This document shows, piece after piece, positions 12,046 through 25,217 of a stretch of 64,000 nt of DNA. The stretch is taken from contig MU057640.1 in NCBI GenBank assembly GCA_013265495.1, forward strand, positions 2,133,405 through 2,197,404. Reading direction: 5' to 3'. This stretch comes from Vicugna vicugna. Taxonomy: Eukaryota. Positions within the stretch are counted from its first letter, which is position 1, and every line of letters starts with the position of its first letter. A program made the translations under genes and the position numbers. A model generated the notes under the pieces. That model saw only the letters and a program-made list of their open reading frames with translations. It was not told where the DNA came from and made no database searches.

Positions 12046-14027
12046 TGCTTTGGAAATGTAGTTTGGCTGACTGGACGGAATATTAAGTGTGTTGTTAGAA
12101 AACTGACGTGAGTGCTAGTTCTGTCTTTGTTACTTACTAGCTGTGTGACCTTGAATAAGTCACTTACCTTCTCTGCGCTTGATCCCTCATCTGTCAGATG
12201 AGAGACTGAACTATTGAGCTTTAAGATTCTTTCCAGCCCTAATATTCTGTGAGATGTTGAAGACAGGGCGAATCTGGCTTTCAGTTGTGGGCTTGCTTCC
12301 AGAAAAGCAATTCAACAGAACAGCTGAGATTCCCAGCCTTTTGCAGGGGCCTCTGCCTTCTCCCTCTCCTCCATGTCTTAGCAAATATTAATAGCCAAGG
12401 GCCTCGCTGAGTGTGGTTTTTAATAGAATCCAATTTCAGTCCATTTATAATGGGACTTTTCATGCTGACTTGGTAATTTGAACTCTGTCATGCCTGATGG
12501 ACCGAATGCATTTTCCCTGTCTGTGCTGCCTGCGCTGGGCTGGTGGGGAGAGAGGGGGCAGGCACTGGGAGTGGGATGCAGGGGCATCTTAATCAAAGCA
12601 GCTATGATCAGCTATTTTGGCCTCCCAGCCAGTGTTGTCTTTCCTGCTCTGAGGCGTGTGATGAGGATTCCAGGGCACTGGAAGGAAAGGGCCACGGCTC
12701 CGCTCTTTCCTGACGATGCCTTCTCCTTGCAGCCCAGAAGCCGCTGGCCTCTGCGTGGAACTGCGGCAACAAAACCGTGCTGATCTTTGCTCGTGACTAG
12801 AAGACACTCAGTTCTAAAAACCATAAAAATTACTCCAGTCGGTTGCTGTGGAGTATCTGACATGCTTGGAGAAGGCACATGGTGCAGTATGAGGGTTCCT
12901 TGGCTCTCCTAACCCCAAGTACTTGTCCTATTTGATGAGAGAGTAGTCCGGGGGCCTGCTAGGAGCTCCCTTTCTTCTAGCGCAGTACGGAAACGTGGAA
13001 GATAAACAAACAGGCATTAGTAGCCACACTATAAATGAGGAAACTGAGGCTGAGGAGGGTGGGGGAAGGAAAGGAATATTTATTCCATGCTTACTCTGGG
13101 CCAGGGACTGAGCTAGGAGTCAGGTATTTCTTAATCCTCCCAACACCCTTTTAAGGGATCTAACATTATCCCATGTACAGGTGAGGAAAAATGAGGATCA
13201 GAAAAGTCAAGCAACTGCCCCAAGGTCACACAGCTGGTAGATGTCAAAGCTGGTGTTCAGACACAGCGCCATCGATCCACGCCAAAAGATCACATGGTTT
13301 GACAAAACAGTGGAGCTGGGTGTTCTGATTGTCTGCCCGTCTCCCTCCGAAGGGGCTCCTTAACCTGGCTGCTCAGCAGAACCACTTCAGGACGATAAGA
13401 AACGAATAGTGTCTTGAGCATTATCCTCATGAGTCCGATTCAGTGGGTCTAAGGCAGAGCCAGAGAGTATGTATTTTTAAAAAGCTGCTTCAAGCGATTC
13501 TGCTGTTGTGGAAAGCACAGCACTGAAGCACATAGCTTCTCTCCTAACCCAAGTCTCCAAGGATTTCCTCAGTTCTCAGAAGCACAGATCCAGTTCAGCC
13601 CTGCACTTACCTCAAGTAACATTTGCCACCAAATCCATCCTTCATTTCAGGTTCAATGTCAACATTTATTGAGCACTTACCATGTGCCAGGCCTCATGCT
13701 GGGCATTCTAGCTGCGAAGATGAATAAACCACAGTACCTGCCTTGAGGAACAGCCAGGTAGTGGGCCAGACCAACACAGATTGGAAGCTCCAATTCCCAT
13801 TTGTAGCAAATGCTAGGCAGAGGTAGGCTCATGTGGTCTTAAGAGTGCAGACTAAGGAATCAAGGAAAACTTTCAAGCAGTGATGCCTTGGTCAAGTCCT
13901 ATAGGAGTTAGCAAGGCAAAGAGTGAGTTGGTGGAGGAGGCACAGCCAGCGAGGCAGAGGGAACAGCATGGAAAGGCCCAGACACCTAGAAGCATGGGGT
14001 CAGGGTATCACAAGAAGCTGTACCACA

Positions 14028-14205
14028 CAACATTGTAAAATGATTATAAATCAATAAAAAATGTTAAAAAAAAAACCATTAGGTCAAAACCAAAAAAAAA
14101 AAAGGNNNNNNNNNNNNNNNNNNNNNNNNNNNNNNNNNNNNNNNNNNNNNNNNNNNNNNNNNNNNNNNNNNNNNTAAAACTTTTATAATCAAAAAAAAAA
14201 AAAAA
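14028..14205 (+). mobile_element. Short young L1 3'-end insertion with extra tail segments, spanning the assembly gap
   Basis: A perfect 16-bp TSD aagaagctgtaccaca (14012-14027 and 14206-14221) flanks the L1 terminus caacattgtaaaatgattataaatcAATAAAaaatgtt and several poly(A) runs. Confidence 0.75.
14106..14174. other. Assembly gap (69 N)
   Basis: Run of n in the sequence. Confidence 1.
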
Positions 14206-14469
14206 AAGAAGCTGTACCACAGTGGAATGCAGGGTGCCTTGGGGAGAAGACCGGCAGCCGAGCCTCGAAGAGTCAGTCGGAGAAATCACATTAAAGACCT
14301 TGTGTGTTATGCTGAATTTGGCCTTTCTCCTAAAAGTGTTGAGGAGCCACTAAAGATTCTTAGGCTGTGGAGAGACAAAGTCAGACGGTGTGTTAGAAGG
14401 GTCACGCTGATAAAAATGAGAGGGTGAACCGTAGGCAGAAAGAGCTGGCAACAGAGGAACAAATTAATT

Positions 14470-15560
14470 GCAGAATTAAGAATTTATGTCTGTCAAAAAG
14501 CACCATGAACAAAATTTGAAAGCAAAGCACTTGGAAAGCATATTTGCAATGTTTCCTGACAAAAATAATACTCTTAATAAAATTACATACTGATAATAAA
14601 CATATCAATATCAAATAAATAGAAAAATCACAAAGAAGTACAAATGGTCAATAAGCATATGAAGATGTTACTCACAAATAAAGAAGTGCGAGTCCATATA
14701 ACATTGATATACTATAATTTTCTTATCAAATTGGTAAAGATTTGATAAGAGGTAATACCCATGATTAGTAAGGGACAGGGAACAGGGCACTCTCAGGCCT
14801 GCAAATAGGAGAGTGCTCTGGTACAAACTTTCTGGAGGGCAGTTGACACCACATTACGAAAATTCTTTAAGATAGCCAAACAATTTCCTTCTTGGATTTT
14901 CTCCTAAGGAAATAGTCATAGATATGTGCAAAATTGAGCTACAGGAACATCTGTTGCAACATTATTGACAATAAAGATTGGGAACAAATGAAATAATCAC
15001 TATTAGGAGGCTGGTTAGGAAAGGAGGGTCCATGATGCTGTTGAAAAAATTTGGGAGACACACACAAAAATATTACGTTCATGATACAGTAAGTGAAGCA
15101 GCACAAGGTGCAAAAAAAGTGTGTCCAATATGTTACCATTTGTGACAAAATACATACATACACTTGAAAATGCATCACTGTCTCTGGAAGGGTATACAAG
15201 TGATTGGAAGGAAACTAGATGCTGGCAGACAGGGTGGGAAGGAGACTGACTTCTCACTACAGAGCTTTTTGTACTTCTGGAGTTTTGTACCTGTGTCTGC
15301 ATTACATATTCTACCATATAAACACACAGTTTGAAAAGTAAGTTATTAAAGAGTATGTACAATGTGATCCAGTTTTTGTAAAAAAAAAAAAAAGGCATGT
15401 GCATGTGGACATTTATACCAAAAAGAACCAAAAGATACATCCCAAAGGGTAACAATATTTGTCTTGAGTAGTAGGACTACGGATTGGAATTTGTCTTTTT
15501 TTTCCCCCTAGTATTTCTATAATATACAGTGAGGCTTTCAAAATAATTACAAGAAAAGTC
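14470..15560 (+). mobile_element. Old L1 (L1ME-like) 3' region
   Basis: caaatggtcaataagcatatgaagatgtt, ggtacaaactttctggagggcagtt and ttctcctaaggaaata motifs. Confidence 0.7.
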
Positions 15561-17770
15561 TAATTCCACCCCACCCAAAGAGTCTAAGACCAAAGTCCAA
15601 GCAGGAGATGACAAACGAGTTCAGATTCAGGATGGGTGTTCCAGGTATAGCTCCACAGTGACATCCACAAACCAAACGTGTAATTAAATGACAGTCCCTG
15701 TTTGAGGGAGAGAGGAGGGGAAGGGAGCCGAAGATTTGGGAAGGTGAACAGTTCTGATTTTGCTACCAACTCTCGGAAGTCTCTGGATAAATGCATGAAA
15801 AATTCAGTCCCACCACCCCAAACATCAACCAAACCCCTAGGCAGCTTTATTCTTTGGGATCATTTAACTTTGGGTCACAGTGAATAGAGTTCCAACACAC
15901 ACATCACCAGGCAAGCAGACCGCCTGGTCACTTGTTCTACAAGGTCCCATAAGGTTGTCCTCACCTAGTTCTGGTTTTCAACCTTTCTCTTGGAAGAATG
16001 GCAACAATCTTACTGTCCTCACCTGTCCAGCCCTGCCTCAACTCGCTCGGTGAGGCAAGACCCCTCTCCTGCTCTGTATTGGGAACAGTCACTCTGAGTC
16101 CTTCCTCACGGCACGAAGACCAAAGGGAGACCCTGTCAGTTTGAACTGACTCTGCAGGCTACCTCTCACCTCATCGCCATCCTTCAGATCCTAACAAGCA
16201 GTTTGCCAACTCATAAACTGTCTGGGCTGGAGGCCTGGGAGTAGGAGAGTTTTGCACGTTTGCCTCTGCTATGTGGGCTGCAGGGTGGTTTTGAGTTGGG
16301 GTCATGTGAAGCCATTTTGGAGGAAGAGGGCAGAAAGGATACGGCAGGGGTGGGGGAGAATGTGGCAGCCGTAACAGCTTTTTCCTTTTTCCCTTTTCCA
16401 GAGGGTGAGCTATAGGCAACCACCTGGGCGCCCCTGGATATTTCTAGCACCTTCTTACAGTCCCTGTTGGAAGCCTTTGAGGAGCTATGTGAATATAACC
16501 TGTGTTGCTGGCTTCTGGGCCCCTCAGAGGTGATTGGATCCTGCAGTGTTGGAGCCTCTGATTAAATAAATAACCCATCATTAACTTCGTGTTTCCTGTC
16601 GATCTCTACCTATAATTGTGACTCTTCCCCAGTTCGGGGGACGGGATGAGGAATGCCAGGTGGGTAGTTTGGATACATGCTGGCCCATCAGCAAGGAGAA
16701 TGAGTAACTGCTGGTCTCAGCTGTCTTTTCTGCCACTAGGGAGTCTAGCGTTAGGGGCCGTTTTTTGCCTTGGGCTAAATACAAAAGGCAGCCCATGTAC
16801 CACCATTTACATAGTCAAGGCTTGTCAACTTAATACACACTGTCCTGCTCCTGATGGTTGTAACTACTCAGTATAACACTTTGTAGAGCAGCAACTAACT
16901 ACAGGGTAGTTAATAGCTGGAGCTCTGGAGTCGGACACACTTGGTTCAAATCCTAGCTATGCCACTTAAGGCCATGCAACCTTGGGAGAGTTTCCTGTGT
17001 TTCAGTTTTCTTATCCATCCAATGGGGATAGTAGCGTAATTGTGTGAAAGAAATGAGATTATACATGTAAAGATCTGAGGATAGTGCATTTAATCAATGG
17101 TCACTATTAACATTATTGCATCTGTATATAGTTTAATTTGTACAATATTGTCTCTTTCACTAACCACACGAAAAATACATGAAAGTGCTTTGAAAATTTT
17201 AAAGCATCATATAAATTAAAGGTGTCATTGGTAATAATCTCATATGAGTATTTCTCAACTCTTCCATCTGCTAGAAGACCGGGACTACATTCTCTGTCCC
17301 ACAGCATATTGAACAATGATAAGCAAACAACAAGCCCTCAGTAAATGTTTCTTATTGGACTGAAGCAACATGGCATCGCATAAAGAGCGCAGGTATCGGG
17401 AGACTAGGCTGGGATAAAATTAGTTTAAGGCAGGAGAGCCAATCTGCAGCCATCACTTAGTCATTCAACAAATCTTTGTTGAACAGAATCTATGCACTAG
17501 ATATTGAGTCCAGATAATTTCATCAAAAGGAGGCTTACAAATTCCCACACAGCCAAGTCCCAGGGCAGTCTCCAAAATCCCAGCCTACTCTAATAGCACA
17601 AAGGCGCAGCCAGCGTTGTATACCACTGGACAAACGGCCCATTGCTTCGGGGAAAGTCCCGTCCTGCCTGGCTGTAAGTAGCTCTAATTAGGGGGGTGGG
17701 GAAGGAGGAAAAGGGAGGGAGTGGGCTGCTTCCAACAGAAATGACAGGAGCTGCTGCCTGTTAATTTATC

Positions 17771-17776
17771 TTTATT
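17771..17776 (-). terminator. Candidate TTC9 polyadenylation signal AATAAA (about 830 nt after the stop)
   Basis: The minus strand reads gtgtaAATAAAgataaattaacaggcagcagctcctgtcatttctgttgg: a hexamer followed by CA dinucleotides and a GU/U-rich downstream element. Confidence 0.5.
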
Positions 17777-18603
17777 TACACTTAATGAGTCCACAGTTCA
17801 ATCTCTCAGTCTACAAATGCTCCTTCCCCTAGGTGTCATCTCCCTCCAACCCTCACCTATGGGGCCAGCCCTTAGCGCACTTTGCCCCGCCCTTCTGCTG
17901 TCACAGCTGACTGCTGGGTGGGAGTCCGGGAGAATGGTATGTGTGGTCACCGGAGGGCACTGAGAGTGGGCTTCAATGGCATGTGAATCCTGGCAGAGCC
18001 TCCGATCCCCGAGGGGGAGAGAAGAAAGCATAGGCCAAGACAACAAGGGAGGGAGGGAGGCAGGGGCTGAGGTTCCTGGGGTGGGGAGTGGTGGCGGCAG
18101 GGGGTGTGGTTAGAAATCCAGTGTACAAATTCCCTCTGTTGGCTTCACCAACACTTCTGGTGTCTGTCTCATCCCTGGATTCGGCCCAGTTGCCTTGAGA
18201 TGCTCCAGTTGTCAGGAAGGCGTGGAGGGGTCCAGCCCGTGGGCTCCGTGCCTGACGCCTTTGGGATGGTACACCTGCCAGGCTCTGTCTCTGTCAGAAG
18301 CTCTGGCCCAAAGTCAAAACTGCAATGGCATTCCCAGCCCATGAGAGTCCTCTCCAGCCGTTTCCATAGAAGTAAGGTCCCCCTCAGTGGTTGCCCTACT
18401 GAAAAGAAAATGTCCCCAGTGTCAGGACAACCCACTGGATTCCAAATTTGCATGGCTCCTTCTTTTCACACTGGGAGGAGACAAGGAGTTGAGGGGCAAC
18501 AGGAGGAGGAAGTGGGGAGAAAGGAACGGAAGCCAGGGAGGGGCTCTCCACCAGGGGATGCCTGCATGTCCTGGGTCAGGCTCAGCTCTAGGAGGTGTTT
18601 GAG

Positions 18604-18702
<99 letters not shown>

Positions 18703-20591
18703 TCACGGGGAACACCTGGTGAGGGGTGGTCACACAGAACCAGAGCAAAGCTGTATCTGCAGATCCCGGACAGGCCAGACTCACTCCGCCCAAGTGGGGG
18801 GTGGCTGAGAATGCAGCCAGGATGTGGGCCCTCTCCCTCACTGCCTCCATGTGGACAGTTCGCCGTGATGCAGAGGACAGATGGGAAGCAGAGGAGACGA
18901 GGGGAACTTTCTCCTCTCATTTCTATGGAGCAGCATCTCCCAGTGGTCCTGCGTCAGGACAGTTAGTTAAGACTCTACTAAGAATTTAACCTCAGGCAAG
19001 TGACCGACTTCTCTAAGCCATCCATCTCCTCTACAAGAAACGACCTCCATTTTTGAACGCCTGACTTCGGAGTCATGTTTTTAACGTTCATTGTCTCATT
19101 TAATCCTTATCTTGATCCTGTCAGGTATGTCTCATTGTCCTCACTGTGACAAAAGTGAACACTGGGTCCTGGAGAGATTAAGTCAGATGCCCAAGGAGAC
19201 ACACAGTTGGTGCCTCTGACTCCAAAGGCTGCCTCTCCTGGGGATCTAATACCTTCCTCATAAAATCACTACGAGGACCAAAATAGATACATATAAAAGT
19301 GCTCAATCCAATGGTCAATAAATAGTTGAATGCAATTTTTTTTTCATTGGTGAGTTTAAAAGGATTTTGCTTCCTTGCCTTATTTTTGCTTTTATAAGTA
19401 GGGTCAGGCAACCACCTCACCACAAACTGGGGAATTTTCTCCCAATACCAGCCCTTAAATTAGTGAGCGGGGTAGGACACAGAACAGCAGGTTAGCTCTC
19501 CACACACTGCCATATACGAGTTTCAGGGCTGCCTAAGATGTTTACTTCTGGAAGTAGAAATGAATGCTGTATAATATTCCAAGATACAAAGCAGGGCATC
19601 CAGAACAGTCCTGGCATACAGCAGGTGCTCCAGAAAATTCTATTAAATGAGTCCAGTTCTTAGTCCTCAAGTTGCTTCCGGGATAGCTGGGGGAACATAA
19701 ACTCCATATACAGAAAACAACTACACATAAAAAAACAAAAGATACTGGTGCTCTTTGAAAAAATGAAGAAAAAAAGTATACCTTTGGATATTTGCAAATT
19801 CATCCTAACAAGAGTCCTTGGAAGGAGAATTGCATTAAAAAAAAAAAAATCCGTCACTTGAACAACCATGGCAACAGCAAGTCAAAGTCGTGGTTTCAAT
19901 GATATGTCCTCAGAGAGGGTGTCCCTGACCACCTCGTCTAAAACAGCGTTCCCTTTCATCTTGATCCTTTGCCTCGGCTATATTTCCTTCGTAGCACTTA
20001 GCACCACTACATAGTACATTATCTATCCGTCTGCTTGGTTACTGTCCATCTTCTTCCATTACAGCATAAACCCCTTGAAGGTAGCAACTTGCTTTTGTTC
20101 CCCGCTGTCTACCCCACACTTAGAAGAGTTCCTGGCTCGTTGTACCCGCCCCAATGTACATCTGTGTGGCCTGAATGAACGGCGGGGCTAGTGGATACGG
20201 TTTAAGTCAGTGGGGCAGATAGTGCAAGCTAGAGCATTCCTTAGAGGGAATTCCTTAGAAGGAATGGGATCTGACTGGAGGAGTCAGAGTGCGCTTCCTG
20301 GAAGATGTTGGACTTAGCCCCCAAATTATCCGATGTGAGCTCCTCTCCAGTTGGGACCACGTCTTTTCATCTACATCCCTGGCACCCAACACAGATCTTG
20401 GTATATAGCAAGACTTTGATATGTATTCATTCAGTAAGCAAAGAGGGCTGGATTCCAGGTTGGAAAGGATGAAGAATTCCATATTCTATTTGAAAAGAAG
20501 AGGTGCCCAAGCTCCTTGGAACCCAGACCCCAGGTAGAGGCCGGGGCTGTGTGCTCGGCTTGTCCCAGTGCCAGCACACACCTGAGCCCTA

Positions 20592-20918
<327 letters not shown>

Positions 20919-21088
20919 TCAGCGGGACAGCAGCAGCCCGTGAACGTCTCAGGCTCTTCCTCTCTGGCCAGAGAAGGTTTACAAGTGCTGGACCTTTACA
21001 CTGGGGTGCTGCCGGCAGATGATCCTGGGTTCGAGAATCCAGTCTCATCATCACCCAGCTGTGCGACCTGGGGCAAGGTACTTGGCTT

Positions 21089-21913
21089 TGTATTATGGGC
21101 TGAGCTGTGTTCTCCAGCACCTCCGCCACCCCACCAAGAAAGATACGTTGAAGGCCTAACCCTCAGTGCTTCAGAATGAGACCGTATTTGAAATGAGGGT
21201 CTTTACAAAGGTAATGAAGTTAAGAAGAGGTCCTTAGAGTAGGTTCTAATCCAACATTACTGGTATCCTTATAAAAAGGGTGCTACAGACTGAATGTTTG
21301 TGTCCTCCCAACCCCGAATTCTCATGCAGAAAACTCATCCTGAGTGATGGTGTTTGGGGGTGAGGCCTCTGGGAGGTAACTGGGTGTTAAGGGTGGGGCC
21401 ATCGTGATTGGGATTCTTGGTCTTGTAAAAGAGACCCCAGAGAGCTCCTTCACCCCCTCTGCTACATGAGGACATGTGGGACGACAGCCATCTAAGAACC
21501 AGGATGCGGGCCCTCACCAGACCCTGAACCTGCCGCTGTCTTGACCTTGGCCTTCCCAGAACTCTGAGAAACAAGTGGTGGTTGTTTGAGCCACCCTGGC
21601 CTGTGGCATTTTTGTTACAGTAGCCCAAACAGACGAAGACAAACAAGAAGTCTGGACACCAAGATGGACACTCACAGGAAAGATGATGTGAAGAGACGCA
21701 GGGAGATGGCCGCCTACGAGCCAAGGAATACCTGAAGCGACCAGAAGCTGGGAGAGAGGCAGGGAACAGATTCTCCCACAGCTCTCAGAAGGAACCACCC
21801 CTACCAACACCTTGATCTTGGACTCCTAGCCTCTAGAACCCTAAGACGGTAAATTTCCATAGTTTAAGCCACAGTTTGTGCCACTTTTGTTGTGGCAGCT
21901 CTCGGAAGCTACA
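21089..21913 (+). mobile_element. MaLR solo LTR (MLT1B/C-like) interrupted by a second MaLR LTR
   Basis: tgtattatgggctgagctgtg...ggtctttacaaaggtaatgaagttaa...ccttataaaaaggg, resuming at ~21642 with ggacac...gagccaaggaa...accttgatcttggactcctagcctctagaac. Confidence 0.8.
21281..21641 (+). mobile_element. MLT1A-like MaLR solo LTR nested in the previous element
   Basis: Begins tgctacagactgaatgtttgtgtcc and ends ttgttacagtagcccaaacagacgaagaca (TG...CA). Confidence 0.8.
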
Positions 21914-22559
21914 AGAGGGGCAATGACCATACTGACCATGGCTAATATTTGTCAAGTGCTTACCTTGTGCTGGCTGCTTGCCTCACTGCTTTACTTGTAT
22001 TACCTGAAATGACCCTTGGAATACTATAATGAAGATCCTACTATTATTCCCATTTTACAGATGAGGAAGCTGAGGCCCAGAGAGGTTCAGTAATTTCCCA
22101 AGGTCACACAGCATGAAAGAGGCAAGGCTGAGATGGCAGTCAAAACTGGCTGGCTCCAGAACCCAAGTTCCCTACTGAGTTGTTGAGGGGATTATATCAA
22201 ATAATGGCCATAAAGTATTTAACCCAGGGTTTGGCACATGGTAAGCTCCCGAGGTGTTATTTCATATTATTATAATTCTTTTCAGCCCCTGCCACCCTGC
22301 AGTGACAACTGCCTCTGACTTTCCTCAAGTTCTCTTCCATACGTGTTTGTCTCTGTAGTTCCTGGGAGCAGGGGCCTTCTGATGCGCTAGTGACCAGCCT
22401 CAAATAGAGCACACCTCTGGACATGAGAGGCCTGGGAGTCCCAAGCAAGAGGAAGTGAAGGCTGGCAGGTACCTACGTGGGGCCCCTTCCTATTCCAGAG
22501 TCAGCCATCCCTGAGCAAATTGTCTCCCCTGGAAGCTTCCACTCACCAGCAATCAGCCA

Positions 22560-22665
22560 CAGGGCTAGGGCCATGGTAAGGGAGCTTGTACCCTGGACAG
22601 TGAGCACCTCCTTAAATTTTGTGCCCTGGGGGGGCCTCACTGGCCTTTCCCTAATCCTAGCCCTG
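22560..22665. mobile_element. MER96-like hAT MITE (internally deleted)
   Basis: Terminal inverted repeats cagggctagg...cctagccctg and the core gcacctccttaaattttgtgccct. Confidence 0.65.
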
Positions 22666-24800
22666 CTGAGCTGCCTGGGCTTCCATTCCATCACTCAAAC
22701 AGTAGGCATTGACTAAAGGCAGAGGTGTGTTATACACACTGAAGGAACTTTTTTAAAGGTGGGGGATTCGGGAGAAAAGCACCTGTCTGCTTCTTCAAAG
22801 GGAATAAAAGCAGAGACTGAGGAGGCCAAACTGCTGCTTCCTATCAAGACCTGGCCGGGTCGGGTAGGGGAGGATGCTGACACCCTTCTTCTGTGCGCTC
22901 ACATTGGCAGAACTGTCCTGAGGATGGAGGCAAGTCACTGATTTTAGTCTTCAGGGGTCTAACTTCAGCTGTTTTGATTCCTTAAATAGCTTCCCAGGGA
23001 TCTGAATGGCTGATTAAGAGACCAGACCTTTCACTGGGCATTTTGGACCAAAAAAGAAAAGAAGAAGAAGAAGAAAAAACACCCAGAAAATGAACCCAAA
23101 AACCCATCCTTTTGCAGAGGGAGTTAGAATTATGAGAACAAGCAAGTGGAAGAGAATCAACCCAGAGCTAGAAACTGACCCATCAGGTTTCACTGGGCCA
23201 CAGGGCAGAAAGCCAAACAAACTGACAGAAGCTGCAGGCTGCTGACCCCGTGGGCCTGGGCGTAGGCAGCTGTGGTCACAGATGGACTGGGGTCCATCCT
23301 GCCAAGCTGATGCCACCATAGCTCCCTCCCCTCTCCTCCCTCAGCACTGGGGTCTAAGACCACTCCGCCTCTGCCCCACCCCGATGCGGCTGGAGTCTGT
23401 CTGGGTGCTCACACAGCTCTGCAGACAGGGAGGGGTTCTGTCCAGAGGTCTCTGGCTGTGAACCCCACTGGCTGCTCCCTGTGTGGGACTTGGCTCCAAC
23501 AGCTGCCCCCAGAGCTGCCCTTCCTGTCTGAAGATTCCATGTGCCCCATCTCATGTCCTCTCTGCTCTCTGCCAAGAGCCCTCTCTCTTCCTGTCCAGCC
23601 CTCCATCTTCAAACAGACACTTCTGTTCGCTGACCCGAGCAATCTAGGGAACAGACTTCTGTTTCTTTTAAAAACAGTTTTTGAATGTCTAGAATTGGAG
23701 GGTGGGGAAGGGGAAGCAAAAAGGCCTGGAAATGGGTATGTCCTCCCCTGCTGGCCCCACCTCAATTTCTGGGACTCACTCCATAAAAATAACTGGAACT
23801 CCCCTGCAGATTTGGTGTGAACTGTGATACTTGGCGGTGGACCAGGCTTCCAACTCCGTGGGAGGTTGGGCCAGGCAGGTTACAGGGTGTGGAGGCCCTA
23901 CTGGCACCAGAGGCAGAGCCGAGGAAGATGGAGAAATCTGGAGTTAGCTCCGGTCCAAATGGGCTGCCATCCCAAAAGGCTGGGCCGAGAGGGAGAATCC
24001 AGGTAAGAAACCAGCGGTGGCAGGTCAGAGCTCTTAAGAAGGCCCAGGGTGGAAGAGTGAGTGACAATCTAGAAAGTTGCGCTCAGCCCCAGCTCCAGGG
24101 GACTTTCAGGTACCCTCTAGTTTGGGTGGAGGGTTACTTGGGGTACGTACGACAAGCCCATGGCATAAGTAAGATGGGATGTTTGCAGGCACATTTTAGA
24201 GCTGAGGACGTGAAGAAGGAGAGGTTGACCAGAAGTCTCTTGGAACAGGTTCTATTTTATGTTTCTTTTACTGATGATGAAATCGAGTTTCAAAGAAATT
24301 AAGTAACTTGCTGAAGGTCACTCAACTTTGGGCAGTTAGGGTGTGATTTTACGAAAAAAGCTTGGCCAGTTTTCTTAGCTCCGCAAAGGAGTCTGCAGTA
24401 GGAGAATCAGCAACTAGAGAGCCCCACTGTGTACTCACGCACTCACACAGAGGAAATCGTAAGTCTGACGTTCCCCAAGGCAACCACACTGAGACCTCAG
24501 GCTAAAACATGTCAGGTTCTCTTGGCTCTGGCACCCGTTTTGTTTTTGTTTTTCCTGGTGCTTGAAGGGCATGGTGACAGCCTGGGCAAACTGCCCCTTG
24601 TTGGCCTGAGATGAAGGGAAACTGGCTGAGAGGAGGAAGAACAAGTTCATGGAGCCACTGGGTTTCTTCTGACGGCTGATTTGCCAGCGTTCGCCCTTGC
24701 CTGCTGAACCGAAGGCAAGCATGGCCTGGAGGGGAGGGAAGACCCATCTGGGGCCAGGAGTAAGGAGGAGGAATGTACTGGACCCACTGGAGGAACTCAC

Positions 24801-25217
24801 TGTTAGGAGCTGAACTGTGTCCTCCCCAAAAGGTGTGCTGGAGTCCTAATCCTCAATCCCATAGGGAGAGAGGGTCTCTACAGAGGTAATCAAGCCAAAA
24901 TGAGGTCATTAGGACAGACCTTAATTCAATATGACTGGTGTCATTATAAAAAGGAGACATTTGGACACAGGGACGGACACATACGGGAAAGACAACAGGA
25001 AGAGACACAGGGCGAAGACGGCCACCTACGAGCCAAGGAATGCCCGAGGCGGCCAGAACCTAGGAGAGAGGCAGGGAACAGATTCCCCCTCACGGCTCTC
25101 GCCAGGAGCCAACCCTACCAACACCTTGATCTCGGACTCCCAACCTCCAGGACGGTGAGGCAATGCATCTCTGTTCTTTTAAGCTGTACAGTTTGCGGCG
25201 CTCAGGAAACGAACACA
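24801..25217 (+). mobile_element. MaLR solo LTR (MLT1B/C-like)
   Basis: tgttaggagctgaactgtgtcc...agaggtaatcaagccaaaatgaggtcattagg...accttgatctcggactccca...ggaaacgaacaca. Confidence 0.8.

Noticed and set aside
23409..24302. Cluster of 100-160 aa ORFs in intron 1
   Set aside because: They overlap on both strands, show no recognisable homology and lack consistent exon boundaries.
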